Shown: positions 20,167-30,936, numbered from the stretch's first letter. The stretch is 64,000 nucleotides of DNA from Candidatus Thorarchaeota archaeon (GCA_019057475.1 DXJO01000046.1:64001-128000), one strand, 5' to 3'. The notes: generated by a model not told the origin, from the letters alone. Numbers and translations: made by a program.

Positions 20167-22164
20167 ATGAAACGGGGCAGGCTTTTCACCGTTTTCGCGT
20201 TGGCTCTCTTCATGCTCCTTTGGACTGCGGGACCAACAAAGGGACCTTCAGCAGTGATGCCACAAGATATCAGTTTGGGCAATCATGCAGTCCCCGCTGC
20301 CTCGTTCTATGTCAAGCCTATCTGGGATAACATATACAGCGCAGTCATTAGCAGCAACCTACGGACGATAGTGCAAGACATCTCTGAGGGCACACCGCGG
20401 CGCATCTGGTATCCTCTGCATAAGGAACCTTCAGAGCCCCTTGCCGATGCGTGGGAATACGCAAACAACACTCTGAAGTCCTACACTTCGGGAAATATGC
20501 ACTTCAGTCTCATGACACAACAGAAGAACCTTGTTGCGATAAAGCGGGGCACCGACTCGAACCTAGCCCCGATTGTTATTGCTGGCACAGTGGCTTCCGG
20601 TTTTTCTCCAGGAGCCAACGCATTCGCAGCTTCGACAGCAGTTGTGCTTGAGATCGCCAGAATACTCTACTCGCGTTCTCTCACAAACGATGTTTACTTC
20701 GTGTTGGTCAATACAATCACGAGTGGCTATGGGGCAAATGAGGGCAATCAGGGCATATCGGAGCTGCTTGACGAGCTTCTAGTCGAATATCGGAAACCTG
20801 CGGTATTGTTCTGGTTCTCGCTTCTGTTGTATGAGTCTGGAGATGAAAACGGCGATATGTTGGCTATGCGGAGTAGCTACAGCAGCTCAGTCTACAGACA
20901 ACACGAGTTTCTCGCAGATCTAGCAGAGATTGCGTCGGCTCTCTCTGGCGGTGACCGCGTAATACCACAAGGACCCTCTGGAAACCTCTGGATCAGGTCA
21001 GGTGCCTATGAAGCGAACGAGAGGGGCATCCCAGCGTTTGTGCTAAGCCAATACTATCTCGATGGTTTAGCGGGCGGGGAGTTTGACGAATGGGATGCTG
21101 GACCATACTCCTACGACCTGCTGGAGGAAGCGGTTGGTCTGGTTGCCTCACTTACAACTTACTTGGGAACTCTCGGCAAAAACCAAATACCGAGATTAGA
21201 AGAGCTTATCGTAGTTCCAGCCTTCGACTCCGAAACCATATGGATGCCACTCACTGGCGAGTCGCCTTTGCAGGTGGACATTGAGTGGGCAGGCAGTAGC
21301 TCTCTCACTGTTGAGCTCGTAGCACCTGGAGGCGTCACCATCATCTCAACTACGCAGAGCGACAGCAACATCACTATGAGCCCCCTTCTAACGGAGGCAG
21401 GGCTGTACGAGTTGGTCATCACAAATACAGAGATGGTGTCTTCATTTGTGTCATATTCTTACGAGCACTGGCAGGATTATGACCAAGATACACTCAATGA
21501 TGACGAGGAGTACCAACTTGGGACTGACTGCCTTAATGCAGACACTGACATGGACCTGTTGGACGATGACCAAGAAGTACTCATCCACTTCACCGACCCG
21601 CTAAATCCAGATACAGACGCAGATGGTGTCATGGACGGCGTGGAAGTAATCTACGGCAGCCACCCGCGCCTAAGAGACACGGATTATGACGGAATTATTG
21701 ATGGCATAGAAATAGACATGGGACTCGATCCAACGAGCAAGGATACTGACATGGACGGTGTGGATGATGGAGACGAGCTGGATCTTGGACTCGATCCCCT
21801 GTCAAACGATACGGACAAGGACGGCCTTCTCGATGGCTTAGAGCTGATCCATGAAACCGACCCGTTCTCACCAGACACGGATTCAGACGGGCTCAGCGAC
21901 CTCTTTGAAGTAGTGAATGGACTCAATCCTCTTTCCAACGATACTGATATGGACGGTCTTAGCGATTCATACGAAATAGCGCACTGCCTGATGCCTTACA
22001 ATGCTGACACTGACGGAGATGGAATCCCCGACGGAACTGACTGGGCGCCCAGGGAGCACTGGATCAACGCAGTCATCCCTGCGGGCTTAGGCGCCATCTT
22101 TCTCATAGTTCTAATTTGGATGCTCAACAAGAAGCGAATCTACGGGAGGATTGCATCCCCATGA
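20167..22164 (+). CDS. Type I membrane protein: degenerate M28-peptidase-like domain, beta-sandwich, Ca-binding DTDxDG repeats, C-terminal TM helix
   Basis: Signal peptide, NLVAIKRG...PGANA, about 9 DP...DTDxDG repeats, hydrophobic tail followed by KKR. Confidence 0.75.
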   Translation: MKRGRLFTVFALALFMLLWTAGPTKGPSAVMPQDISLGNHAVPAASFYVKPIWDNIYSAVISSNLRTIVQDISEGTPRRIWYPLHKEPSEPLADAWEYANNTLKSYTSGNMHFSLMTQQKNLVAIKRGTDSNLAPIVIAGTVASGFSPGANAFAASTAVVLEIARILYSRSLTNDVYFVLVNTITSGYGANEGNQGISELLDELLVEYRKPAVLFWFSLLLYESGDENGDMLAMRSSYSSSVYRQHEFLADLAEIASALSGGDRVIPQGPSGNLWIRSGAYEANERGIPAFVLSQYYLDGLAGGEFDEWDAGPYSYDLLEEAVGLVASLTTYLGTLGKNQIPRLEELIVVPAFDSETIWMPLTGESPLQVDIEWAGSSSLTVELVAPGGVTIISTTQSDSNITMSPLLTEAGLYELVITNTEMVSSFVSYSYEHWQDYDQDTLNDDEEYQLGTDCLNADTDMDLLDDDQEVLIHFTDPLNPDTDADGVMDGVEVIYGSHPRLRDTDYDGIIDGIEIDMGLDPTSKDTDMDGVDDGDELDLGLDPLSNDTDKDGLLDGLELIHETDPFSPDTDSDGLSDLFEVVNGLNPLSNDTDMDGLSDSYEIAHCLMPYNADTDGDGIPDGTDWAPREHWINAVIPAGLGAIFLIVLIWMLNKKRIYGRIASP

Positions 22165-24191
22165 CGTTAATGAACCGAAGGCGCGCCATGCACCTTCGCG
22201 ATAGAGCACTTGTTCTGCTCTTCTCCACAGTACTGCTGCTCGTCACGTTCGTCGGGCCGCTGTCAGTGGGAGAAACAGCTCGTCATTTCGATGCGCAAGT
22301 GAAACTGCATGATTCAGCTATTCCAGCGTCGGATAGTGTACTAAACGTGACACAGCTCTGGGAGGAGATTTGGAACAGCGTTTCTTCTTTAGATATAGAG
22401 AACTACACTCGTACCATCTCAGAGAATTACCCGAGCAGAACTTGGAGTGTCTACAGCCTGACACCAAGTACTAATCTCGAGGACGCGTGGTATTGGGCGA
22501 ACCAGACACTGCAGGAAATCACCGGCGGAGCACTGACGTTCAGACAGATAACAGACCATCAGAGCCTCATTGCTACACAATGCAGCACAGATTCAGAACC
22601 CAAAGCTGCGGTGATAATAACCGGCGTCATTGACAGCGATGAAACACCAAGCGCTAACGATGCGGGTGCAAGCGTCGCCGTAGTCCTTGAGATGGCGAAC
22701 GTTCTAAGTAACTACAATCTTGGTTTCGACGTCCATTACGTGTTGATTAACAGGGGTTATGGAAACGACGAGTATGACCAGGGGAGCAGATACTTCGTCG
22801 AATGGCTTGAAGAGAACGAGATTGTGACGCTGACTACCCTAGCCTTCGAACGTCTTTTGTTTCATAGGACTCAATACCTCTTTGGCACGAGGATAGCATT
22901 GAGGACATCCCCTTACGAGAGCATCTATCAGAGGTCTGTGTGGTTCCCTGAACTAATGATACGAGCCTCCAATACAGTTGGTTTGGGTTGGCTTCTCAAT
23001 CTCTCAGACTTGGGGCTCACTGAGGTTTCCACAGCCTATGAGATGTGGCAGGGGGGCTATCCTGCTCTGCATATCGCCCAAGGATTCTGGCCTGACGGAT
23101 ATAGTGGAACTACCAGTGATGTCTGGGATGTTTCCTATTACTCCTACACCAAGGCAAAGGAGGCTGCTGCATCGGCTATTTGCGCGATTGCATACCTTGG
23201 CCAGTTGCGATCAGGCGATGTTGCAGCAGAGTACAAGAATGGTTTTGCTACGATAGGCGAAGATGTGACGTTGCCAATCACGGTATCAGTAGAGGGCTTC
23301 GTCAATGCGACACTGACCTGGGAGGAGAACACAACATTCAGGGCACAGCTCAAAGATAGCTCCGGTCAACTCGTGTACCAACGCATTGAGAGCGATAACA
23401 AGATTGTCGCCAAATACCGCGCGCTCGTCCCCGGACCGTATGATATCATCATCAGGAATCTCGGAGGTAATGACTCAACGTTTGCGCTTAACGTCACCAT
23501 TCCCAACGACTGTGATGGGGATGGGATAACTGACATTGATGAGCTCGACCTTGGGACAAGTATGTATCTTCTGGACTCTGATGCAGATGGCCTTAATGAT
23601 GATTTTGAACTTAGCATTGGTGGTGACCCGACCTCTGCGGACTCCGATGGTGACGGGGCTCTCGACTATGATGAATACCTGTTGGGTTCTAGCCTGCAGT
23701 TGAATGACACGGACGGGGATGGCCTTCTCGACGGTATGGAAGTAGAACTTGGCTCAGACCCGACTTTGGTTGATACTGATAGGGACGGATTGGACGATTG
23801 GAATGAAACCTACACATATCTGACTAATCCCGTGAGTAGCGATACGGATTCAGACGGGCTCGAGGATGGTTTCGAGGTTTCTGTTGGCCTGAATCCACTA
23901 TCACCGGACTCTGATGGTGATGGTCTAAGTGACCTGTTTGAGATTCTGAACTTCCTGAATCCACTATCGAGAGATACCGATGGTGATGGCTGGAGCGATG
24001 CCTATGAAGTCGAATTCTGCATGTCCCCCACTAATGCTGACACAGATGGAGATGGCATTCCAGATGGAATCGATTGGGACCCGCAGGAACACTGGGTCTC
24101 CACAGTAGTTCCCTTAACCCTGCTCTCCATAGTTCTTCTAGTAGCAGTCTTCAGCTTTCTGAAGTACAAGGTTTACACGCAGCCGGATTGA
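22161..24191 (+). CDS. Paralogous type I membrane protein: M28-like domain, DSDxDG repeats, C-terminal TM helix
   Basis: Same architecture as the upstream gene; ITGVIDS...PSANDAGAS; the track start is 22116. Confidence 0.75.
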   Translation: MTLMNRRRAMHLRDRALVLLFSTVLLLVTFVGPLSVGETARHFDAQVKLHDSAIPASDSVLNVTQLWEEIWNSVSSLDIENYTRTISENYPSRTWSVYSLTPSTNLEDAWYWANQTLQEITGGALTFRQITDHQSLIATQCSTDSEPKAAVIITGVIDSDETPSANDAGASVAVVLEMANVLSNYNLGFDVHYVLINRGYGNDEYDQGSRYFVEWLEENEIVTLTTLAFERLLFHRTQYLFGTRIALRTSPYESIYQRSVWFPELMIRASNTVGLGWLLNLSDLGLTEVSTAYEMWQGGYPALHIAQGFWPDGYSGTTSDVWDVSYYSYTKAKEAAASAICAIAYLGQLRSGDVAAEYKNGFATIGEDVTLPITVSVEGFVNATLTWEENTTFRAQLKDSSGQLVYQRIESDNKIVAKYRALVPGPYDIIIRNLGGNDSTFALNVTIPNDCDGDGITDIDELDLGTSMYLLDSDADGLNDDFELSIGGDPTSADSDGDGALDYDEYLLGSSLQLNDTDGDGLLDGMEVELGSDPTLVDTDRDGLDDWNETYTYLTNPVSSDTDSDGLEDGFEVSVGLNPLSPDSDGDGLSDLFEILNFLNPLSRDTDGDGWSDAYEVEFCMSPTNADTDGDGIPDGIDWDPQEHWVSTVVPLTLLSIVLLVAVFSFLKYKVYTQPD

Positions 24192-24198
24192 GTCCACA

Positions 24199-25041
24199 AT
24201 GAAGAAGCTAGAGGTTAGTGACTTCAGCTTGCAGGAAACACTGGAGTGTGGGCAGACATTCTGCTGGGTTAAGGAAGGAGACGGTTACATCAACGCAGAC
24301 TTGGGACAAGTAGTTTACGTGGAGCAACAGGGTAACTCGCTCCTCTATGAAACCTCCCATAGAGAAGCGTCACTGAAGCACTTGTTCAGGCTTGAAGACC
24401 TTCTTGGAAATATTCAGAAAGAGATCTCCAAGGATGATCTAATGCGCAAGTCGATCCAGTTCGCTCCGGGGCTACACATCATCCAGGACCCGTTCTATCC
24501 TTGTCTAATTTCATTCCTCATTTCAACTCGAAATAATATACCCACGATAAAGAAGGCAACCCAGGCAATCAGAGAGAAGTACGGACCCTCCTACGAATTC
24601 AGAGGAAAGACCTTCCGCGGAATGCCCTCACCCACGCGCATGTCCCTGGTCACTGTGAGTGAGTTGGAGGCTTTGAACCTCGCTTGGCGAGCGAAGTTCA
24701 TCGTGAGGTCGACTGAGGCGCTTCTTGCAGGAGAGGTGGACCCAGAGGCATTGACCAAGATGAGCTACGAGGAAGCCCACCACACACTGAAGACATTGCA
24801 TGGTGTTGGTGATAAGGTTGCAGACTGTGTATGTCTGTTCTCGTTGGGTTTTCTGGAGGCGTTTCCAATCGACGTGTGGATTGAACGAGTGATCCAACAG
24901 CAGTACGGCATATTCACATCAGCAGGCAAGTCATATGCCAAGAAAGGTCGGGCTGCAAGGGACTACTTTGGACAATATGCGGGTTATGCTCAGGAGTATC
25001 TGTACTACTACACAAGGACTACTCAGCGATCGCCCGGCTAA
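24199..25041 (+). CDS. 8-oxoguanine DNA glycosylase (Ogg1-like, HhH-GPD)
   Basis: TLECGQTF.W, LHGVGDKVADCV, FPIDVW, GQYAGYAQEYL. Confidence 0.9.
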   Translation: MKKLEVSDFSLQETLECGQTFCWVKEGDGYINADLGQVVYVEQQGNSLLYETSHREASLKHLFRLEDLLGNIQKEISKDDLMRKSIQFAPGLHIIQDPFYPCLISFLISTRNNIPTIKKATQAIREKYGPSYEFRGKTFRGMPSPTRMSLVTVSELEALNLAWRAKFIVRSTEALLAGEVDPEALTKMSYEEAHHTLKTLHGVGDKVADCVCLFSLGFLEAFPIDVWIERVIQQQYGIFTSAGKSYAKKGRAARDYFGQYAGYAQEYLYYYTRTTQRSPG

Positions 25042-25063
25042 TTGAATAATGGACTGCACAGGA

Positions 25064-26182
25064 TTAGAAACTCTGACGCTTGCGCTTCTTTGTTGCATAC
25101 CAAGAATGATTGTCTATCCCCTTGGATACCTCCCACGCCCTTGTCTGATAGAACGCAAGCGGGTGTTGCACGTACTTGCAGAGGGGGTCCTTCGCGGTCC
25201 CAAGATAAACCGGGCAAAGGCTGTTCCCCTGCAATTTGCTGCACCCCGGAGGAGTATATCCCTCACCCGCAGCCTTTGACGCGATGTGTTTAACTTGGTA
25301 CTCCGCAAGACCTCTGACGAAGTCTGGCGCAGCCTTGAACACACCAAGAACTTCCTCCTGGCTCATCCCAATCTTGAGAAGAAATGAAGCAAGTGCAAAA
25401 CGAGCCTCATGTGAAAGGTTCTTACCCTGAGTTGCGTCATCGTGCATGTTTGATATGCACGGAGGAAACGCAGATACAACACCACCTGTTATCTTCACAG
25501 GCTTGGTCGTTCGAATCTTGCCTCGAAGATCGGTTTCTACCCTTTGAACAGCTTCCGTCAATCGCTGAGGGAGAGTTGGAACATCAAGTGTGCTGTGCAG
25601 AATAAGAAGCTTGAACTTGCCCGATACTAGACGATTCAGCTCAAGACGTTGCACTGGAACCCAACCCTTGTCGACGTATCGATTAATCAGCTTCCAAGGT
25701 GATTGGTGAAACTCAGGAGCAACCTCTAGGAAATCCTCGTAGCGCAGTTTGAACTCAAAAGTGCGTAGCTGAATTGGAAGCTTAGCTCTCTCTCTGATAG
25801 TTCCTGTCGATTCCACGTGCCATCCAAAGGCGGATTGACATAGATTAGTCACAAAATCCTCCTTTTCTTTGCCAAGGTGTTTGTTGACTGCCTTGGATTC
25901 AGCTTCGGCTTGGTATTCCCTGAGTCTGGGGTCGCCTATCTTCTCAACAATAAGACGGGCAGTGGGATAGATGAGCATGTCCCCGGGTTCACCAGTGTGG
26001 ACTAGAGGAATCTCTGATTGATCAAGTGCAGCTAAAACCCTTTTCTCGGCCGCTTCAATGATGTAAGTATTGGTTCCAGACTCAACAAAGGAGATTAGGC
26101 GTCTAAGGTCGCGCGCAAGTTTCTGCGCGGCCTTCCTTGTCCCCACTGAGAACGGGTACTTCAGTTGCTGACTCATGGACAC
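25064..26182 (-). CDS. priL: DNA primase large subunit
   Basis: KYPF, FPPCI, NLSHEARFALASFL, YQVKHI, YTPPGC, CP, HPL. Confidence 0.92.
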   Translation of the reverse strand: MSMSQQLKYPFSVGTRKAAQKLARDLRRLISFVESGTNTYIIEAAEKRVLAALDQSEIPLVHTGEPGDMLIYPTARLIVEKIGDPRLREYQAEAESKAVNKHLGKEKEDFVTNLCQSAFGWHVESTGTIRERAKLPIQLRTFEFKLRYEDFLEVAPEFHQSPWKLINRYVDKGWVPVQRLELNRLVSGKFKLLILHSTLDVPTLPQRLTEAVQRVETDLRGKIRTTKPVKITGGVVSAFPPCISNMHDDATQGKNLSHEARFALASFLLKIGMSQEEVLGVFKAAPDFVRGLAEYQVKHIASKAAGEGYTPPGCSKLQGNSLCPVYLGTAKDPLCKYVQHPLAFYQTRAWEVSKGIDNHSWYATKKRKRQSF

Positions 26183-26237
26183 AGTTTCGTCACTCCATTA
26201 AGATGAGCCAAGATTGCGGACAAATCAAGTTTTGCCA

Positions 26238-26438
26238 TTACATGTTGAATGTCGGACTATAGTCGTCATATCCTTTGTCGAAGAACTTCTTCCCACAGGA
26301 CGTGCACTCAAACATCTGAACCCCTTTTGAGAATGCCCAACGATTTAGAATTCTGAAGATTTTGGAGCTTCCACACCTAGTACATTTTACTGTAGAATCA
26401 TCAGCTGCCCAAGGCGAGTTGTGGCGTTTGGTGGTCAT
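26238..26438 (-). CDS. Small zinc-ribbon protein
   Basis: CTRCGS...FECTSCGKKF. Confidence 0.7.
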   Translation of the reverse strand: MTTKRHNSPWAADDSTVKCTRCGSSKIFRILNRWAFSKGVQMFECTSCGKKFFDKGYDDYSPTFNM

Positions 26439-26598
26439 TATCAGGACACTTCTGTTACCTATTTCTCAGGAAGGCTTTTAGTCTTTTAGACGACGCACCA
26501 CATAGCAGCTCTCCCTTTGAGATGGAATGCGTCCAATCATTTTTTAGAGGCTCTTGATTTAACATGACCGTTGTATTGAAGCAGAAGGCCATTCAAGA

Positions 26599-27564
26599 AT
26601 GACGTACGTTGTTGAAACTGCAAATCTTACCAAGATTTTCGGTGGTAAGCTTATTGCCGTAAATAACATGGACTTGGAGGTTGAAGAGGGCACAATCTAT
26701 GGTTTTCTTGGTCCCAACGGAGCTGGCAAAACAACGGTGATAAGATTGCTGCTAGGGTTGATAATGCCCACTGCAGGAAGCATCAAGGTTTTCGGGGAGA
26801 AAATGAACTTGAACTCGGCCCATCTGCGAAAGCGGATTGGATACCTCCCAACCGATCCAAAGCTCCCAAACAAGATGACACCGATAACTTACCTTGACTT
26901 CGTTGGTAAGCTCTTCAGCCAAACAAAAGACCAGAGAATCTCAAGGCTTTCAAAACTCATAAGATCTGTCGGACTCCTTCCGAGTGCCTCTCGAGAGGTA
27001 AAGGGTTTCTCAACAGGCATGGTGACCCGCCTAGGACTTGCCGCATCTTTGATGAACGACCCAGATCTGCTTCTTCTTGATGAACCTACATCCGGCTTGG
27101 ACCCAGCTGGGAGAAAGTCAACCCTCGACCTAATCGAGGAGTTGGATAGGGAAAAGACGATTTTCGTGTCATCTCACATTCTGAGTGACATTGACAGAAT
27201 ATGTACCCATGTTGGGATAATAAACGAAGGAAAGCTCATCTACTCAGGTTCCATCAAGGAGATGAAGAAGCACATCCAAAGTAATGTCCTCCGGTTGGAG
27301 CTTGATGGAGATATGAATACTTTCTGTGACAGACTGGCATCGATAGGGGGCATGGCTGCCTTTGAAAGGAGGGGAAACTTCACTGTGGAAATCAGTTTCG
27401 TTTCTGATACTTCTACCTTGAAAGCCATACAAGATGTGTTAGGCTTGATAGTGGAGTGCAATCTAGATCTGATATCGATGAACTCCTCAACTTCTAGAAT
27501 TGAGGATGCTTTCTTGAAACTACTTGAGGAGGAAGAATCACGTGGATTCACCAGAGCAGTTTAG
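26599..27564 (+). CDS. ABC-2-type transporter ATP-binding protein
   Basis: GPNGAGKTT, FSTGM, LDEPTSGLDP, SSH. Confidence 0.93.
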   Translation: MTYVVETANLTKIFGGKLIAVNNMDLEVEEGTIYGFLGPNGAGKTTVIRLLLGLIMPTAGSIKVFGEKMNLNSAHLRKRIGYLPTDPKLPNKMTPITYLDFVGKLFSQTKDQRISRLSKLIRSVGLLPSASREVKGFSTGMVTRLGLAASLMNDPDLLLLDEPTSGLDPAGRKSTLDLIEELDREKTIFVSSHILSDIDRICTHVGIINEGKLIYSGSIKEMKKHIQSNVLRLELDGDMNTFCDRLASIGGMAAFERRGNFTVEISFVSDTSTLKAIQDVLGLIVECNLDLISMNSSTSRIEDAFLKLLEEEESRGFTRAV

Positions 27565-27580
27565 ATTCATAGAGTGGCCG

Positions 27581-28285
27581 ATGCCATTCTTGGCCATTGT
27601 GCAAGTCGATTTGCAGAATCTCTTTAAGAGCAGAATGACCTATGGTTGGCTAATTGTGGGAGTCTTTCTCCAAGTTATACGGGTTCTATCAGCGCCATAC
27701 ATCATAGGAACATCAATAATCGTTGTCCAAGGGCTTTCGGATTTCATCTTCATTTGGAGCATGCTGATTATCGGAATAACAGCGAGTGCAGTGTCCTCTG
27801 AAACGGGAGAACTCGCAGACTCCATAATGAGCAAATCTGTAAAGCGACACGACTACATAATGGCGAAATTCACATCACGAATCATGTATGTGATGACGGT
27901 CTACTTGCTAATTTCTGGAGTTCTTGTCGGTGCATCAATGAGAATGTTGGAGAATGACTACGACATGAATGGGCTTGTTGCCGCGCTCCTGCTTGTGGCA
28001 CTCGCGTTGATAATGCTGACTATTCTGGGAGTAACGCTGAGCATGGTTACATCCAACACTGTGATATCGATAGTGTCCTTACTCGTCCTATGGTACTCGA
28101 TGACGATCTTCCTTCCTCTACTAGATCTTGAGTTCATGTCCCCGAGTAGTATGATAAACGAGCTACCAGACATCATTCAAGGCGTATGGAACGGAGAAGA
28201 ATGGAAGATTGGGACCAGCTTTGCTGGTATTTCAATAATCGCAATGGCCCTATCTGTACTGTATTTCTCAACAAAGGATCTCTGA
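27581..28285 (+). CDS. ABC-2-type permease
   Basis: Six hydrophobic segments, SSETG...SKSVKR..Y..AKF; follows the ATPase; start uncertain (track start 27524). Confidence 0.85.
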   Translation: MPFLAIVQVDLQNLFKSRMTYGWLIVGVFLQVIRVLSAPYIIGTSIIVVQGLSDFIFIWSMLIIGITASAVSSETGELADSIMSKSVKRHDYIMAKFTSRIMYVMTVYLLISGVLVGASMRMLENDYDMNGLVAALLLVALALIMLTILGVTLSMVTSNTVISIVSLLVLWYSMTIFLPLLDLEFMSPSSMINELPDIIQGVWNGEEWKIGTSFAGISIIAMALSVLYFSTKDL

Positions 28286-28417
28286 GTCTGTCATTGTGTG
28301 ACATGGTTTAGATACTCCCGAGGAAGCCAATGACATACATCGTACATTCCTTTTGCCCATAGCTTCGCTACTGTATTCACGAGAAGGAAACCTGAGTCAG
28401 AATATCGCGGTAGGGGG

Positions 28418-29074
28418 TCAATCTTTTAGACCCACAACAAGTGCTGCAGTCCCTCTAATCTTCTTAGAACCACTTGGTTTCAGGCCCGCATTGGTCATGA
28501 ACTCACCTATATCATCAACGCTATGCTTGCACATGTGTGGATACCTCTTTCGTGCTTTCTCCTCATCCATCCCATGTGCCCCCATTACACGTACGAAGGC
28601 CTCTTCGTTTCCAGACACGAAATCAAAGACCACACACACCCCAAATGGCTTCAGACTTTGAACTGCTTGAAGTATAATGGACTGTGAGTTATCAACCTCA
28701 TGTAGAAGGAAGCCAGAGAAAACCATGTCTACGGAATTGGGTTCTAATACCATTGCGTCTGTGTTGAAATCGTGCTGCGTTAGGATGTAGTTGTCAGATG
28801 AGAGAACACAGGAGAGGAACTCATCCGCTTGTTTCAGCATGCTCTCGCTCTCATCCAGTCCATACACTTTCTTCGTTTGGAGCTTTGACACTGTATCCAC
28901 GAGAAAGAGACCCGGACCGGGCCCGAACTCTGCTACGACCTCGCGTGGTTCAGCCCCGATAAGCTCAAGCAGGGCATTCCAAAACGCCTCAGGGTATCTC
29001 TTATTGTAGGATTGCACCATGCCCTGTACGCGCTCCGGGTCTTGCCAATTGGCCTTTCCCAGGTGCTCTACCAC
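28418..29074 (-). CDS. Class I SAM-dependent methyltransferase
   Basis: EFGPGPG, GLDESESM, DMVFSGFLLHEV, LKPFG. Confidence 0.88.
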   Translation of the reverse strand: MVEHLGKANWQDPERVQGMVQSYNKRYPEAFWNALLELIGAEPREVVAEFGPGPGLFLVDTVSKLQTKKVYGLDESESMLKQADEFLSCVLSSDNYILTQHDFNTDAMVLEPNSVDMVFSGFLLHEVDNSQSIILQAVQSLKPFGVCVVFDFVSGNEEAFVRVMGAHGMDEEKARKRYPHMCKHSVDDIGEFMTNAGLKPSGSKKIRGTAALVVGLKD

Positions 29075-29622
29075 TAATGACGCCCCAACACATAGTCCGC
29101 TCTCATAAGCAGGGTCATGAACTCACTCAAACTCTGCCGGAGAATCTCGGGATCGCTGTAGAGCTTCTTTAGCTCAACGCTTCGCTCCTCAAGCGAAGAG
29201 TCAGTCATCTCATTCATTATCTTGTACGCGGCTGAGGGCCTCTCAGTCCATCTCAGCAACTCATGATGGTCTGAGCTGAGAAATAGAACAACTGGAGTCT
29301 TCTTCTTCCCGTTAACCTTAAGGGCTTCATGGAAGTGTCCATTCTTATCACTGTCTAGAATGCGCAGCCCAACGTTGGGCGATAGTGATGCCATCCGCGC
29401 TAGAACAGGCAGGTTACCGGCGGTGTCATTGCATCGATCTGTGCCAAAGACCAAGATGTCCACTTGATTCTGGATACCACTGAGGGCTTCGGTCTCCTCC
29501 TCGCTGACCATAAGATCAACGTATCTTGCCTTCATTAGCTCCACATTCTCACGTGCTGACCTGAGAAAGGCTTTGTACTCTACTGCGTCGTTCCACTCTA
29601 CAATCTCTGGCATGTATATCAC
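29074..29622 (-). CDS. Thioredoxin-fold protein (Thioredoxin_9-like)
   Basis: LVFGTDRCNDT..NLPVL, NGKKKTPVVLF, W.ERP. Confidence 0.75.
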   Translation of the reverse strand: MIYMPEIVEWNDAVEYKAFLRSARENVELMKARYVDLMVSEEETEALSGIQNQVDILVFGTDRCNDTAGNLPVLARMASLSPNVGLRILDSDKNGHFHEALKVNGKKKTPVVLFLSSDHHELLRWTERPSAAYKIMNEMTDSSLEERSVELKKLYSDPEILRQSLSEFMTLLMRADYVLGRH

Positions 29623-29755
29623 ATCAGGCTCCGAGAGAGAATTCTGCCGGTTCCACCGACTGGTATCTAATTGGTTGGATTGAATAAAAGGCTATCCTGA
29701 GGGGCAATATTGTAATATCGGACCGCAAACAGTCAGCGAACGTGGTCAGACGATA

Positions 29756-30436
29756 ATGACTGTGGCAGAAGAGGTTTTGGAGGAATTACGGAAACTAGGC
29801 AATCCTGAGCAAGCAGAAGCAGTTGCCAGATACATGAAGGCTTCTTCACTCAGATTCTTTGGAGTAAGACTTCCGCTCATACAGAAGACCGTGATGAGAT
29901 TCACAAAGGGGCTTGCGACAGAGGAGCTAGTACCCCTTATGAATGGACTCTGGAAGCAGACCATCTTCGAGTCACGAGTTGCAGCAATACGAGTTCTGGA
30001 GAGGTATGCGAAAATGGGAGATGTGTTCATTGCACTCGATGCTGCATCTCGATGGATAGATGATGTTGATACGTGGGGTCTCATGGACCCGTTGGGAACA
30101 TTGTGCGTAGGCACTCTTCTGCTGAGAAACCGTGATATCGAAAAGACCCTAACGGAGTGGAGCATGAGTGAAAACTTCTGGCGACGTCGAGCCAGTATTT
30201 TGCCCTATCTTCATCTCTCTAAGAAATCAGTATACAAGGCGGAATACACAGAGAGAATCTTGCAGGCAATTCGGCCGCATATTTCGGACAAGGAGTTTTT
30301 TGTAGGAAAGGCTGCCGCCTGGGTTCTGCGTGAGCTTAGTAAGCGAGAACCAGAGGTTGTGAAAGCGTTCATAGATCAGCATCGCGATGTGATGACACGC
30401 CTAGTCATCCGAGAGGCCAGCAAGAAACTGAAGTAG
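29756..30436 (+). CDS. DNA alkylation repair protein (AlkD-like HEAT repeats)
   Basis: YMK...FFGVRLP, DTWGLMD, SENFWRRR, EFFVGKAAAWVLRE. Confidence 0.9.
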   Translation: MTVAEEVLEELRKLGNPEQAEAVARYMKASSLRFFGVRLPLIQKTVMRFTKGLATEELVPLMNGLWKQTIFESRVAAIRVLERYAKMGDVFIALDAASRWIDDVDTWGLMDPLGTLCVGTLLLRNRDIEKTLTEWSMSENFWRRRASILPYLHLSKKSVYKAEYTERILQAIRPHISDKEFFVGKAAAWVLRELSKREPEVVKAFIDQHRDVMTRLVIREASKKLK

Positions 30437-30514
30437 TGCGTAGAAAACGGGCTCGATTGCTGGTTTGCGTTAATCCGTCAGCTCATAAGCTAGATTGACG
30501 CGAAGGCAGATGCC

Positions 30515-30868
30515 ATGACCGAGAAGATGATGTCATATTGTGGTCTCATCTGCACCAGTTGCGGAGCATACATCGCAAAGCGTACGAATGACGATGACCT
30601 GCGTGTGAAGACAGCGAAACGTTGGTCCTCGCCCGAATGGACTGTTAAGCCCGAAGAGATCAACTGTGATGGCTGCAAGTCGGACAGCGACGAACTCTTC
30701 AAGCATTGTTACGAGTGTGGCGTTCGAGCTTGCGCACGCGAACGAAACGTGGAAACATGCGCCCACTGCAGCGATTACATCTGTGATAAACTTGAGAAGT
30801 TGTTAGCATTCATAGGGGAAGAGGCAAAGAAGGGTCTCGAAGAGGTGCAGATGTCACTTCAAACATAG
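30515..30868 (+). CDS. DUF3795 cysteine-rich protein
   Basis: YCGLICTSC, CDGC, C.VRACA, CAHCSDYIC. Confidence 0.88.
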   Translation: MTEKMMSYCGLICTSCGAYIAKRTNDDDLRVKTAKRWSSPEWTVKPEEINCDGCKSDSDELFKHCYECGVRACARERNVETCAHCSDYICDKLEKLLAFIGEEAKKGLEEVQMSLQT

Positions 30869-30936
30869 AGAGGACACCAGCATTAGTTTCAGGTATCTGT
30901 CATGCTTATCTAAGCAAGAGCCTACACATACATTGG

